A DNA stretch of 64,000 nt from Mytilus edulis (lineage: Eukaryota). Where the stretch lies: positions 61,380,001 to 61,444,000 of the forward strand of contig NC_092345.1 in the NCBI RefSeq assembly GCF_963676685.1, in the 5' to 3' direction. The notes under the pieces were generated by a model, which was not told the origin of the DNA, ran no database searches, and was given only the letters and a program-made list of their open reading frames with translations. Of this stretch, positions 37,489 through 50,975 are shown piece by piece. The position numbers and the translations under genes are program-made. Every line of letters starts with the position of its first letter. The first letter of the stretch is position 1.

Positions 37489-38647
37489 CTAGAACACACC
37501 CGCGAAATCGCGGGCATTGAGAGCGTGGTTGGAAGTGTGTAAAGTGTTGTAGGAAAAATTTTGTAAAAATTTAATGACTGGAGAATTTCAGGAATAGTAT
37601 CAAAAGTTAAAGGTACTTGGGGACAGGACAAAGTTTTTTTTATCCTTCCTCCTTTATTTCCGTTTTTTTCTGTTAATTTCAATATGAACATTCAATTAGT
37701 ATATTATGAACATTCAATTAGTATATTATGAACATTCAATTAGTATATTATGAACATTCAAGTCAAGAGCCTGTAATTCAGTTGTAGTCGTTTGTTTATG
37801 TGTTACATATTTGTTTTTCGATCATTTTTTGTACATAGATAAGGCCGTTAGTTTTCTCCTTTAAATTGTTCTACATTGTCATTTCGGGGCCGTTTATATC
37901 TGACTATGTGGTATGGGGTTTGCTCATTGTTGAAGGCCGTACGGTGACTTATAGTTGTTAATTTCTGTGTCATTTTGGTCTCTTGTGAACAGTGTTGTAT
38001 CATTGGCAATCATATCACATCTTTTTTTTATAATCAATGTTTTTTTGTAATTAAGATTTAATGACTCGAGAATTTCAGTAAAGGTATCAAATGTCTTAGG
38101 TACTTTAGGACAGGGCGATTGTTTTTCTAGCTACTCCTTGTTTTACCTCCAGAATTCCCATTGTTTCCTTTTAATTGTATTAAGAATAAGAATTATGCAA
38201 GCGCTTATCTGTATATTATGAACATTCATTACTATAAATAAAGTGTATTTGCTTCAGTTTTACTTTCAATTCTCAGTTTACGTTGGTCATTGATAAAATA
38301 TACAGACCGTATAATTTAATAAACTCTGTGACCGCGGTGGATAGTAAACTTAAAAATGATACCAGATAGAAAATAATCTGTATTCGTATTATATTTATGT
38401 TTAGTATCCAGAAAAACGCAAACCGGAAGTATAATCCGACTTAAAATTTCGTGCAATGACGGAAATATATCCGGACGCCTTTTTTCTTGTTTTTCTCCCC
38501 AAATAAATTAATCTGAATAATCATATGAATGGATGACAAATGCGAATATGCACTGTACCTATAGGACACAGAGGCATGATGATTAATTTATTGTGGAAAG
38601 AAGAGAAGCGACACACACAATGAGGTCTTCTCGTTTAATAGTATAGA
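37489..38647 (-). mobile_element. Non-autonomous Helitron with a nested SINE-like insert
   Basis: Minus strand starts A|TCTATACTATTAA and ends with hairpin CCCGCGATTTCGCGGG then TTCTAG|T; nested family-A repeat at 37765-38030; 22-bp tandem repeat at 37684-37760. Confidence 0.85.
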
Positions 38648-39464
38648 TATTGTATTCTGAGTACCAACTTATGGTCAGAATGTTACCAGTAAATTGTGAA
38701 CAAATGTTTACGTTCTTGTAACTACCAGTATGTATTGCATTCCACATAAATTCTTTAAATGGGCATAAGCTGACAATTAGACTTTCATACAAGTGAGAGG
38801 TTTAGCGCTATAAAACCAGGTTCAATCCACCATTTTCTACATTTGAAAATGCCTGTACCAAGTTAAGAATATGACAGTTGTTGTCTATTTGTTTGTTGTG
38901 TTTTGTCCTTTGATTAGGGACTTTCCTATTGAATTTTCCTCGGAGTTTAGTATTGGTTCAATGTGGTCAAATAACGGTCGATAACAATGCAAATGCATTA
39001 ATGATTTGCAAGTCAATAATAAATTTCAATTTTGTATTTATGAACCATAATTTGACATTAAGCTTAAAATGAATAATGCATGCCTAAGCGTGTGCAGTTA
39101 TTATAAAGAAAATAAACGTAATATTGAAAACTGAAACATAGGATTCACCATTAAAAAAGACATATCGTTGACTGATTAGGCCCACAAACAATCATTCATA
39201 TTCTATATGTATACCGGGCAATAGAAATTGCTAATTACGATACCCGATATCAAGACTCTGAAATGCTAGATGTTTACTGGATAAATTCTCATTTATCGCT
39301 ACTTTAATTCTATATCGTCAACAAACTTCTTATAATTTAGTAACATATTTGAAAGGGTTAGTTAGCATCCGTTTCTTTTCATATCTTCCAAGACAATAAC
39401 ACGATATAGAAAATTAACAATTTTAAATAAAGAATTATTTTTCTAGGACTTGATTGTATCTTAC

Positions 39465-39779
39465 CTTGAATCATCACAAGTTGAATGTCTACTCCGGTAT
39501 CTGTACCAAAGCTATTAATTGCTGAACATGTGTATATACCCTCGTCATAGAAACCAAAATTATTGACTATCAATGAAGGAATGTGTACAGTAGAGCCACT
39601 GTATTTAGACACGTTTGTGCCATCTGGTATTATATATGAAACATCAGACTTGTCTTTGAATGTCCATTCAACATTCGTTGCCAGACCATACGCGGTGTAT
39701 GAACAGTCAATGGTTACACTTTCACCAGCTGGAACTTCAATATATGTATCTGTATTGTGGACGCTGAGAGTTCCATGGT
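39465..39779 (-). CDS. Ig/mucin membrane-protein gene, immunoglobulin-domain exon
   Basis: 315 nt, phase 1-1, AG/GTAAG; GESVTIDC...VEWTF...SLIV...DEGIYTCSAINSFG Ig motif. Confidence 0.88.
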
Positions 39780-40374
39780 CTATCAAAATTAAAATAAAGA
39801 AGTTTGACAAATATATCCCTAAAAAATAAAATCACAAAAAATACTCAACTCCGATGAAAATTAAATTTGAAAAGTCCCTAATCAAAATTGATAAATTACG
39901 TCAAACGAATGGACAGCAACTGTCATATTCCTGACTTGGTACAGGCACTTTCAAAAATGGAAAATCCGAACAATTACTATAAAATTTTGATTTTAAAGAG
40001 TTTCAAAAACATGTTATATATGCTATAAATAAAAGATTTGATTTAACAATTTCTTAAACATACATTAATTAAAATGTTATTCAGAGAAATACATATTTGT
40101 TGTTGGAGGCAGATACGTATGAAATTCATATATTTAGTTAAGTGATTGAAGTTTTTGCAGCAACGTTCATCAATAATTTATTCAGCTTCGCTTTCGATAA
40201 CGTTTGGTTATGGTTGAGAATATGCTTAATCATTTATGTAAATACTTAAAATTCGTGAAAATTTAGCAAAATCAAGTTTTTATGAGCTTTTAGTATGAAC
40301 AATTTTGTAATATTCTCATAAATTCGATATATACATATATGAAATATTGACATGACGTTAAAGTAACAAATAAA

Positions 40375-40532
40375 GCTATGTTACTGCTATTTAAGTAAAA
40401 ATTGGATGACATTTTTAAAATGAATATTTGGAAATATTGTCCCTCGTAGAACATATATTGCACTCTCCAGCTCGTGTAAAATATAAAATTCTACTTGGGA
40501 CAATATTCCCAAATTCATGCAATAACCCTATA
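40375..40532. repeat. Palindromic non-autonomous element; longer copy at 62450-62740
   Basis: GAAATATTGTCCC...GGGACAATATTCCC arms around a CACTC..AGCTCGTG core. Confidence 0.75.
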
Positions 40533-41712
40533 GTACTGATGTTATTTGATGTTGTCTGCACTCATCCGTTTTATGATATTTAGTAAAAAAGAATTTGTGT
40601 TTAAATCAAGTTGTAATTATAAACATAACTGAGCACCATTTATATATTACATGATTGAATTCGAGGTGTAATTAACCATAAGGAATATTTGAATACATTG
40701 AACTTTAAAAGCATGTATAAAAGGAAAATACCTTCATTATTGAATAAAGTCAGTTTAAACAATAAGACATAAAAAAAATTAACGCAGTTTAGTGTATTGT
40801 GTTAATTAATAAAAGCACACAGCATGAAAGACTTTTTATAACGACGATATTAACGTTTTCCCTATCTAGCTATTCCGTGAAAATGTTCAGTTTACTCTTA
40901 ATCAATCTGTTATTTAATTTCAATATTTTGCGTCATACATGTAATTTATAAAAGCTTGTGAAAGCAAACTGGGCTACCTAACATTTATCAATACATTATA
41001 TCATTAATTGTTGAAATAATCAAAGGATTTCACAACTGAACACAAAATAGCAAATTAAACTAAACCATACAATATATTTACATCTGACTGATATTGATGA
41101 TTGAGCTGTCCTCAATTTATAGCTTTATAGCACAAAAACGACAAGCAGCATCATTTCTTCAATATATCAACCTAAGGACCATGATTTATAAGTTGAACAT
41201 ATTAAAGAAGTTGCAAGCAAACAGATTTGTTCTGCATTTTACCAACTCCTTGTCCGACCATAAGTCAATCCGTTGTATTACACCCGTGCAAACAACCAGA
41301 GTAGAAAGGAAGCAGCAAAAAGGAGCCTGTCGTTCAGTGGTTGTCGTTTTTTTACATGGTTCATAAGTGTTTTTCTTTTTCTTTTTCGTTTTAGTATATA
41401 TTAGACCGTAGGTTTTCCTGTTTGAAATGTTTTACCCTAGCCATATTGGGTACCTTAAGATTTTGTTGTTAGATGTGATCCAATGCTCCATGTTGAATGC
41501 CGTACTTTAACCTATAACTCTATTTATACTTTGTGACTTGGATAGAGAGTTGTCTCATTGGCACTCATTTCACATCTTCTTAGATATACATAATGTAAAT
41601 ACTTCATTCTGCTATCGATCGATTTTGTATTAGACTGAACTATTTCATGACTAATTTAAAAAAAAAAGGAAAAAATCTTGAAGTTATCACTCTATCATAG
41701 TCATAGAATAAC

Positions 41713-42443
41713 GATAAAACGTTGAGTAACAAACAATCTAAACGTCCACAGTATGACATTCTCTATTCATTGCCTGTGTGTAATTACATTGTATTCTGTC
41801 TTTATGCTTTTGTATAGCAGTTAGGATTGTAATCAGACCCCCTTATTAGGCCTAGATCATGATATCAGCCTGGTGGGATGATTTTGACCATGGACTGATA
41901 AGGGGTCTGGTATGAAAAATGACATGTTATGTTCTTTTTATCATAAACTTCAACATAAGACATACAGACAAAAACTATTTTTTTAATCTTTGAAAAAATG
42001 CATTTGTTGTAATATTTGTTTTGCATTTTAAATAATATATTTTCCTGATTTTTAATATTTTTTTTGGATTCAACTTTGTTATGTTTTAAACAAAGAAACG
42101 TAACAGTGAGGTATATTTTCCGAGATTTGCCGAACTACGTCGAAATGTCATCCTATAACGTTACAGCAAAGCATGCGATAATAACCTGAAGCAGTTGATA
42201 TGAAACGGAAACAGTTGATATAAACCCGAAGCAGTTGGTAGCAAAAGTCATATCACACGGCGAAGGCAATTCTTAAAATTTAATGAATAAATATATGTAC
42301 AAAATTATTTTCTTTAAGTTTTTGATAAAACGTTAAGTAACACACAATCAAAACGTCGCAGTATGACATTCTCTATTCATTGCCTATGTGTACCTACATT
42401 GCATGTCTGTCTTTATGCTTTGAAATAGAAGTTAGGATTGTAA
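41713..42443. repeat. ~120-bp direct repeats flanking a 491-bp insert with a palindromic end
   Basis: 41713-41832 resembles 42324-42443; insert begins TCAGACCCCTTAT...ATAAGGGGTCTG. Confidence 0.8.
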
Positions 42444-42534
42444 AATACGATGTTTGCTTTAATATGTTGCTATGACATTTTGAAACATTGACAAATGACC
42501 ATACACATTTTTAACAATATAAATATTTTCTTAC

Positions 42535-42582
42535 CTGGACAGGTGTATTGTCTACTTGTACTTGGTGCAAAGATACAATGGT
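42535..42582 (-). CDS. Ig/mucin membrane-protein gene, 48-nt exon
   Basis: TTCTTTAG|...|GTAAG, phase 1-1, HCIFAPSTSRQYTCP. Confidence 0.65.
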
Positions 42583-42676
42583 CTAAAGAAACAATGCTAG
42601 ATAATTACATTTAGGATTTGAAAAAAACGATACTTTTCAATGCTTATGCAAGATATATAACTATAAACAAATATGA

Positions 42677-43000
42677 TTTTTATGCCCAACCTACGATAGT
42701 AGAGGGGACATTATTTTTTCTGGTCTGTGGGTCCGTTCGTCATTCTGTTCGTTCGTCTGTTCGTTCGTCTGTTCGTCCGTCCGTTCGTTAGGCCCGCTTC
42801 ATGTATAAGTTTTTGGTCAAGGTAGTTTTTGATGAAGTTGAAGTTCAATCAACTTGAAACTTAGTACACATGTTAACTATGATATGATCTTTCTAATTTT
42901 AATGCCAAATTAGAGTTTTTATCCCATTTTCACGGTCCATTGAACAAAGAAAATATTAGTGCGAGTGGGGCATCCGTGTACTTGTGACATATTCTTGTTT
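42677..43000 (+). mobile_element. Short Helentron/DINE-1-like element
   Basis: TTTTTATGCCC start, (GTTC/GTCC)n tract, GGGGCAT inverted copy plus 3' hairpin; related inverted remnant at about 54440-54685. Confidence 0.75.
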
Positions 43001-44244
43001 TCTTTTTTAAAATATTAGACTGTTATTCCATGGTCGTTGTTTGTTGCTGTATACCATATTTGTTTCATCTATTGTTTTGTTTCTAAATCAGGTCGTTAGT
43101 TTTCTGGTTAAATAAAGGCAACAGTAGTATACCGCTGTTAAAAACTAATAAATCTATGGACAAAAAACAAAATCGGGGTAACAAACTAAAACTGAGGTAA
43201 ACGCATTAAATATTAGAGGAGAACAACGACACAACATTAAAACGTAACACACACAGCAACGGACTAAGCATTAGACAACATCCGATGAGAATAACCAATA
43301 TAACATCAAAACCAAATACATGAATTTGGGATAGAAAGTACCGTGACACGTCTTATAGTAATGTGAATTCACACTCAAAAATAGGAGAAAACAAACGACG
43401 CAACGGAAACACAACGTAAAATGTTACACACACAGAAACGAACTAAAATTGTTTAAAATTTGTCATTTCGAGGCCTTTTTTAGATTTGCTATGCGATATG
43501 GAGGCCGTCATTTATCTCTGGTGGAAATTTTTTCCGTCGACAATCATACCATATCTTGTTTTGTTTATGAAGAGTACCAAAAACAAAACTATTTTTTGAC
43601 AAACAAATATCTAAGTTGTATCTTCAAACCAAGTGTGTGTTTGTCTGATGTTTAAATGTATAGAAATATAAATGTCGTAGGATGTTACATGAGATAAATA
43701 ATATATATGTTGTACACATGCTTGCAATTTTCCCTTTTGGTTTATATTAATTAATGAATTGTTCTAGAAGGTAGCAAAGCAATCCTTTACTATACCCATT
43801 TGTGTATCATAAAGTAGACAACTCTTGATGTGACAAATAAAACGTTATGTGTCTGGACTAACATTCAAAGAGAAACCTTGCCACCATTGGGAAGGGAAAA
43901 CATCCATAAATAAATAACTTAAAGCTTCGAATTTGATATTCGAATAGACATAAAACAGCAGCCATCAGATCAACTATGCCAATGCAATAAACCTCAGTTT
44001 TTGTTAATTATTTTATTGTTTTAGAACTGAGATTTGTTTTTAAAATATTCCTCAAATAAATGCAATATAAAGACATCAACTACTGACAGAGTGAATAGCT
44101 TTTGAGGGACAAATCGCCAACACCAGTATAGTGGTAATTATGCATATTAGAAAACTAAGCAATTATTCCGACCATCCATCAAAATTGCGAAATTGCAGAA
44201 TGAAAGAAATTATGTTTGCCATCATCACGACTCTATTGTCATCA

Positions 44245-45925
44245 TGCAGAAGGACAAACAACAGACAGTCTATGTAATATATATCGAAAACTAGCGTTTG
44301 AACAAAACTAACCAAACATCAAACCTGAAGATAAATCTTTCAATGAAATCCTAATATAAAAGACAAGTTCTACAAGATCATTTCTAACATCAAACGAAAG
44401 CAGAAGCATTGACTCAAAATGAAGAAGGTGCTTCTGGAATAAGGTTGAATAAATTTGAAGAGAAAAAACATGAACATCATTGATTTTTATCGCATAATCA
44501 ATGTCGGTCTGTTGTTTTCAGCCGCAGTTTGAAGGACAATATACACGTGATTATTGGAAAATGTGTTTGTTGACTTTTTGATATTTTGTTTTTGAAATTT
44601 TATTGTTAGACTGTTGTATACTTTGTGTTTTTCAATTTCCTTTTATTCATATAGACCTGTAAACTTCCATGTAAAACGTGAGCATGGTGAAAGGGATAAC
44701 AATGAAAAAGTACAGGGATTTCTCGATTGAATTTTAACTGACAATATGGTATTGGCTTTTCTCATTGTTGACGGACGTACGGTAAGCGATTATGGTTAAT
44801 TCTGTGTCTTTTGATCTATTGTTATTATACCATATCTTCTTTTTATATGTTACATTGGGGAATTGTTAGTGTTGTATGGTAAATGGTGTAATTGTTGGTT
44901 GGAATTGGGATTGTTAGTGGTGGAAATGGAAAGAGATATCGTGAAATACAGAACAATTTGTGGCGTTTAAACCAGCTTAATAAACAAAGTTTAAGATATA
45001 TCTACTCTGTTAATCATAATGTGTCTTTGCCATCCAATTTGTATAAACAATGATGGGTTATTTTGAATTTGGCAGCATCATGAATGATTCCGTGGTGTTC
45101 AGAGAAATGGTTTATTTGGGAAGGTTTTAGTCATAGCAGATGATTTCCATTATAAAAACATCTATAATAAAATCACTGAAATAAATCAGAACATATGGTG
45201 CTTAAAGAATACAGTGTTCACCAAGGTACAAAATTAATACCAATATAGAAAGCTATAAAAGACATGGCAAAATTAATATACGAGTGGTTTTCCAAGTCAA
45301 ATGTGTCACTATCTGAATATGATAGTTATCAAAGGTACCTGGCTACCTACGTTATTTATGCATGTATGACAAAGAGGTAGAAAAAAAATGAATTGTTATC
45401 TATGATCAGTGTTAAAGATTAGAATCAAGAAAAAGTAGAAAAATATAGAAGTATTTATATTGTTTCGCTCACCTTTGGTTAACTTTGGTCAAGTAGTTCA
45501 GAGGAGAAAAGAATTTTAAAAATTAACGACTACGACTGACGACGACGGACGACGGACTCCAAGTGATGAGAACAACACATTTTTCTCTTGTAAGTGCTGT
45601 TAGTCTACATATTGCCGAAATTATTATCAACAGGCATTTCATTGAACATAATTTTATATTATCGTGATGTACATACATACGCTATTCCATCTACTTAGAC
45701 ACCAAATAGACGTCATTCTAAAGTACAAACAACAGACAGTCTATATAATATAAATTGAAAACTAGCGTTTGAACACAACTAACCAAACAACAAACCGGAG
45801 GATAACTCCTACAAGGAGATCCTCGTAGAAAAGACAAGTTCTACAATATAATTTCTAACATCAGACAAAGCAGAAGCATTAACGCAGTATGAAGAATGAT
45901 GCTTCTGGAATAAGGTTGAATAAAT
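44245..45925. repeat. Local ~210-bp direct duplication
   Basis: ACAAACAACAGACAGTCTAT...GCTTCTGGAATAAGGTTGAATAAATTT at about 44255-44457 and 45724-45927. Confidence 0.8.
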
Positions 45926-46265
45926 TTAGAGCTATTCTGTCTACTTTCGACACCAAATTTATAAGCGATATGTACGTACGCGTCTTAGTCTCTGTAGGTG
46001 TGTGTTGCATTTTTATTCATAAACATTAAACTTGAATTTGTATCATTACAATCATATTTAATTCGTTCTAAAGGCGCATGGCTTTTATGCTGTCGTATTT
46101 ATTTCAAAGTTATGTGTTATCAACTTTGTAAGAAACCAACAACTTGGTATTGTTCATTCATGCAGACATTTATAAAGAAATCATATAATCATATATTTCA
46201 TTATAGCATAAGATATTTTCTTATTAACAGAATTTTAACTGAAATTGGTAATCGAACGAACTTAC

Positions 46266-46337
46266 CTTTAATTGACAATACTATCTCAACATCGTTTGCT
46301 GCGTTTATATCGTTAAAACCTGTAGGGTCGTCATCAA
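46266..46337 (-). CDS. Ig/mucin membrane-protein gene, 72-nt exon
   Basis: AG/GTAAG, phase 1-1, DDDPTGFNDINAANDVEIVLSIK. Confidence 0.65.
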
Positions 46338-47424
46338 CTTAATAAGAAGGAGAAATGTAAAACAATTTTAAACATTGATATTACAAAAATACTGAACTTC
46401 GCAGAATATTCAAAACGGAAAGTTCCTAATCAAATGGTCAAATCAAAATATTATATTTGATTTGTGGTGAATTAACGTCACTTTTAAGCACCGCATTTAG
46501 GCTATTTCGTGGCGGCCACTTTTTATTTGTGGAGGAAGCCAGAAAGCCCGATGAAAATCACCGACTTTTAATAGGAAATCAAATCAAAAGATAAAACACA
46601 TCAAACGCATGGATAACAACAGTCATATTCCTGACTTGGTAATAGCATTTTCTTCTGTAGAAAATCGTGAATTGAACCTGGTTTTATAGCAAGCTAAACC
46701 TCTCACTTGTGTGACAGTCACATCAAATTCCATTATATTTACAACAATGCGTAAACATGACAAACATACATATTAGGTAAAAAGGTCAAAAATAGGGGAA
46801 CAGCAGTCAACATTGTGTTATAATCGTAATCCTTTTAAAAACAATATGTAACAAAGAAGCAAAAAATGGAATATAGACCAAGCATATTAGCAAAAATTAA
46901 AGACTAGAAAAAAACAAATTTACTATAATACAATAACACAATGTCGGAATTTATCATTACAGAGCCACGTCTTATAAGTATCAAATACACATAGATAGGC
47001 ATATAGACAAAGCATATAGCAAAAATAAACTAAAAGCAAACATATCATCATGACTTCACAATCTAATATTACTGGATTATTGATGTGATAACAATATGCA
47101 ACAAATGTCTACGATATCACAAGAATTTATTTTATTGTACCAAAGTATGGGTGTGGCATGAATAAATTAAGAACATTTCGCATAGTTTAGTTGCAATCTT
47201 CAAATGTTGTCGCGGTGTTAACACTTCAAGACTGAACTGTTTTGCTTCCACCATATGTCTTGGGACGATGAATACACATAAAGTTATTCGGTATGCACGG
47301 AAAAGTTTTGTCCGGTTTTTTTTTCCAAATCTTTTATGTTTTAATGGATCTTTGTCAATTTTAAAATAAGGAAACTTCAATGGGATTGTGGTAACTTGAC
47401 TTGTCACGGTAACGTTTTTTAAAA

Positions 47425-48128
47425 GGTAGCAACATACAAAGATTTTTCATCCCAAATCAGACAATTTTAAACTGATGTTATTCCTTTCATCCTTCTTTAA
47501 ATTTTACAAATGAGGTACCAGAAGAAAGAAGAATGATTAATCTTTCAAATCGAATAATTTCATTATGACATACTTTTTACATAATTTTAAATTGTTATGT
47601 AATTAGTTGTTATATTGTGATGTCCACACTTGAATGAATTAAGCTTCTTTAATATTCATAGCATCCCCAAATATTTTATAGATTCTTGTACAACACAGTT
47701 CGACCTCCTCAGATTTTACTATTGTATTTCATTCTATCATAAACCTTTAATGAGGTTTGCAACATCAGTTCATAAGAGTTCACTCAATTTAAATGGGTAT
47801 AAAATTTGTTCTATTGATGTTTTTGGAAATCTGAGACACGGTTTTGGAGTTCAAGCTGTGTTATGCAAGACTCAATAAAATATTTTGGGATTCTATGAAT
47901 AACAAAGAAGCTTAATTCATTCAAGTGTGGACATCACAATATAGCACATAATTACATAACAATTAATTATGTGATAATTATGTCATAATGAAATTATCAC
48001 AATTTGAAAAATTAATCCTTCTTCTTTCTTTTTGTACCTCATTTATAAAATTTAAAGAAGGATAAAATGAATAACATCAGTTTAAAGTTGTCTGATTGGG
48101 AGTGAACAAATCTTTGTATTGGGCTACC
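47425..48128. mobile_element. Foldback MITE with ~225-bp TIRs (Kolobok-like ends)
   Basis: GGTAGC...AATTAAGCTTCTTT (47425-47650) mirrored at 47904-48128, ending GCTACC|TTAA. Confidence 0.85.
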
Positions 48129-48139
48129 TTAAATAAAGG

Positions 48140-48460
48140 TCGGTCATTTAAAGACGTATCAACTGTATCATATACGTTGACGTATACGCGTCCGCAGATT
48201 TACCAATAAACATTATGTGATACCGAGCTTTAGTTGTATAATACTTTCAATAATGCAGATGGGCAACTGATTAATTTCTAGTGCTAGTATTTAATTGTGC
48301 AGTTGACTTAATTGTTGGAAAAGAGGGACGAAAGATACCTAAGGGACAGAGGGAAAACGTATAATAGTCTTTAGCTCGGTATCACAAAATACTTTTGGTT
48401 TTTCTGCAGTGCGTATACGTCAACGTATATGATACGGTTGATACGTTTTTAAATGACCGA
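48140..48460. mobile_element. MITE with ~100-bp TIRs
   Basis: GTCGGTCATTTAAA.ACGTATCAAC.GTATCATATACGTTGACGTATACGC mirrored at about 48410-48460. Confidence 0.85.
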
Positions 48461-48876
48461 CATCTATTACCATTGAAATTTGGCATACATAGACGACGTT
48501 TTAAAAGTCCAGTGTAAAAATTGCCTTTTATACATCCTTTATGCTGAACAAAGACATATTTTCTTCACAACTTTGACGATTTTTCTTGGTCTCTCTGATT
48601 TTTATAGATAGAAAATATATGTGAATCATGGTTTTACCTGCATAAGAATGAATTTGTTGATCAGAAACACAATTGTTATTCCTTTTGGTTTATTTGTTTT
48701 ACTTTTCAATGTTGATATTCTGTTCTTTTTAATAAGTGAACATTCTATTTGGTGCTTGATAAGTGTTTTATTCATATTGAATATTATCTAAATTAATCTT
48801 GTATGTTAATTGTCCTCTGCATTATTGTGCGAGTGAGTGTATGTGTGTGAGCGTGTGTGGATTCTTACAGACCTAC

Positions 48877-49010
48877 CGGTGTATGGTGAACTTGAAGCCA
48901 CATTGTACACATACTGCGGCGCTTTACCGGCCTCAGTGCTATGGTATATACCAGCATATAGAGTACTATTAGAGCTATCTAACCATAGAAACTCATATCT
49001 GTTATTTGTG
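48877..49010 (-). CDS. Ig/mucin membrane-protein gene, N-domain exon
   Basis: TTGTTTTAG|...|GTAGG, phase 2-1, TNNRYEFLWLDSSNSTLYAGIYHSTEAGKAPQYVYNVASSSPYT. Confidence 0.65.
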
Positions 49011-50308
49011 CTAAAACAAATTTGATGAAAAAAATTAACATATCCAGTTATATTCTTCCATTATCTTTATGGACGATGGGCAATTTGATACATTGTTCTA
49101 CTACATATTTGAATACAAAAACATTTACAACCCTTTATAACATAATGCAGATATTATCAATACGTATACGAACCATACAGAATATATAACATTAAAGATG
49201 TAGTTATTCTGGGAGAACATGATTTATTTATTGGTCAATGTTTGCGGGTACTTTATATCTTAGGTCAGTACTGGTGTATATTGTCTTTACGCTTCTTGCC
49301 TTTCTGATGAGATAAGACATTTCCATCTGATTTTTACTATTTTTCAAATATTGTACTACCACATCATTATCTTATCTTAAGGAAAGATTGAGAGCTGACA
49401 GACATATGAAAAACTGTCACATTCGTTGCATGCCTGTCCCCAGTCAGTAGCCTGTAATTTAGTGGTTGTCGTTTGTTGCTGAATATCATATTTGTTCTTA
49501 GTTTATTGTTTGTTGTTGCTTTTACGTTTTAATTGTTTCCCATTTTGTCATCTCAGGGCATTCTATATCAGAACGTTCCATGTACATGTAGAATGAATTT
49601 CTTGTATAACTCTGTATGAATAGAAAGTTATGTGTATGTATATCATAATTTTTTTTCTGTGCATTATTGTGAATAGACAAAATTCATTGAATTAACAGCT
49701 AGGTATATGACTCAAATTAAATTTATTTCAAAATGTGACAAACTGCAGCAATATAACAGTTAATTTCCAGAAATACACGCTGAATGGAATAGTATTGTTT
49801 AAAAGTTGCATTTCTCAGGAATTCAGGGGGGATTATTTTTTATTCTCCTCTCAGTTAATATATGTATATAGTATATATAATGTATTCAGAGTATAGGATA
49901 CTTATGATGATAGACTATCTCAAATCTGTTAAAATCTAGAGAGGTTTATAGAGGATAGGTACTTCAAACGATATTGAACGTTAAAATGTTGTTATATTGT
50001 GCCAAGTTCCTTCTATGCCAGTTGGTCTCTTGTGGACAGTTGTTTCATTGGCAATCATACCACATTTTTTTATTTTATTATTTATACACACGATCGCGTT
50101 CCAAACACGATCACGGGAACATAACTTAGTTTGGTTTGTGTTTTTTAAAAAGATCAATTCGATTGAAAACATAAATGACATACAATAATAAACTGTATCA
50201 ATTTTCATAAAGTAAAAGTTTTATTTTTAACCAATACTATTTCCTGTTCTTAAAACTTTGCCATTTAAAGTAATAGAACCTTTACATACTAAAAGTTATA
50301 ATTCTTAC

Positions 50309-50451
50309 TTTGTCATAAAATGATCCGTAGGTGATGGAGTCCTGCCAGGAGAACTACTGTCCGGTTTACGGCTTAGAATGCTTTCTATCCTATCAGTGAT
50401 GGGATTGTCATATCTCAGGGTAAGTTTGTCTGTCTCAAATCTCATTTCCAG
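50309..50451 (-). CDS. Ig/mucin membrane-protein gene, N-domain exon
   Basis: TTTCAG|...|GTAAG, phase 0-2, LEMRFETDKLTLRYDNPITDRIESILSRKPDSSSPGRTPSPTDHFMT. Confidence 0.65.
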
Positions 50452-50975
50452 CTGAAATGTTCAATGGGTGATATTACAAATTTGATATAGATTTAATCAA
50501 GTTAAGCTGAAAAATGAAACAGACAAAATAGACTTTACACTTAACTGGTTTAATATGTAATTGGTTCATATAAAAAAAAAAGTTAACACAAAATATTTCG
50601 AATTGTTAAGCATAGGTATACATCAATTAGACAACACCCTTAAGTTGGGGATCTCGATATAACAAATTACTTAACACCTGTACTGAATTCTTGTTTTCCT
50701 GTTCCTGTAGAAAACTTGTTTCAAACGGATTCCGAAAATATCAACCTTAAGTTTAATGGTTATGTTGTTAACTGAGCCCATAAATTTAGATACGATCCAG
50801 TTAAACTAATCAATCCTTGAAAAAAAATATATCCTAAAAGGTATATTTGAACATTACTTTTAATGATATAAATAAATACTGATTTCGTTATCAGTAAATT
50901 ATCCCATTGTCGTCATGAATATCCGAACAGAACAGTTGGCCTACATAGACCCCACAAGTTAAACAAGAGACTCTT

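Noticed and set aside
43794-43975. Possible additional minus-strand exon of the Ig gene
   Set aside because: All frames tested contain stops between plausible splice sites.
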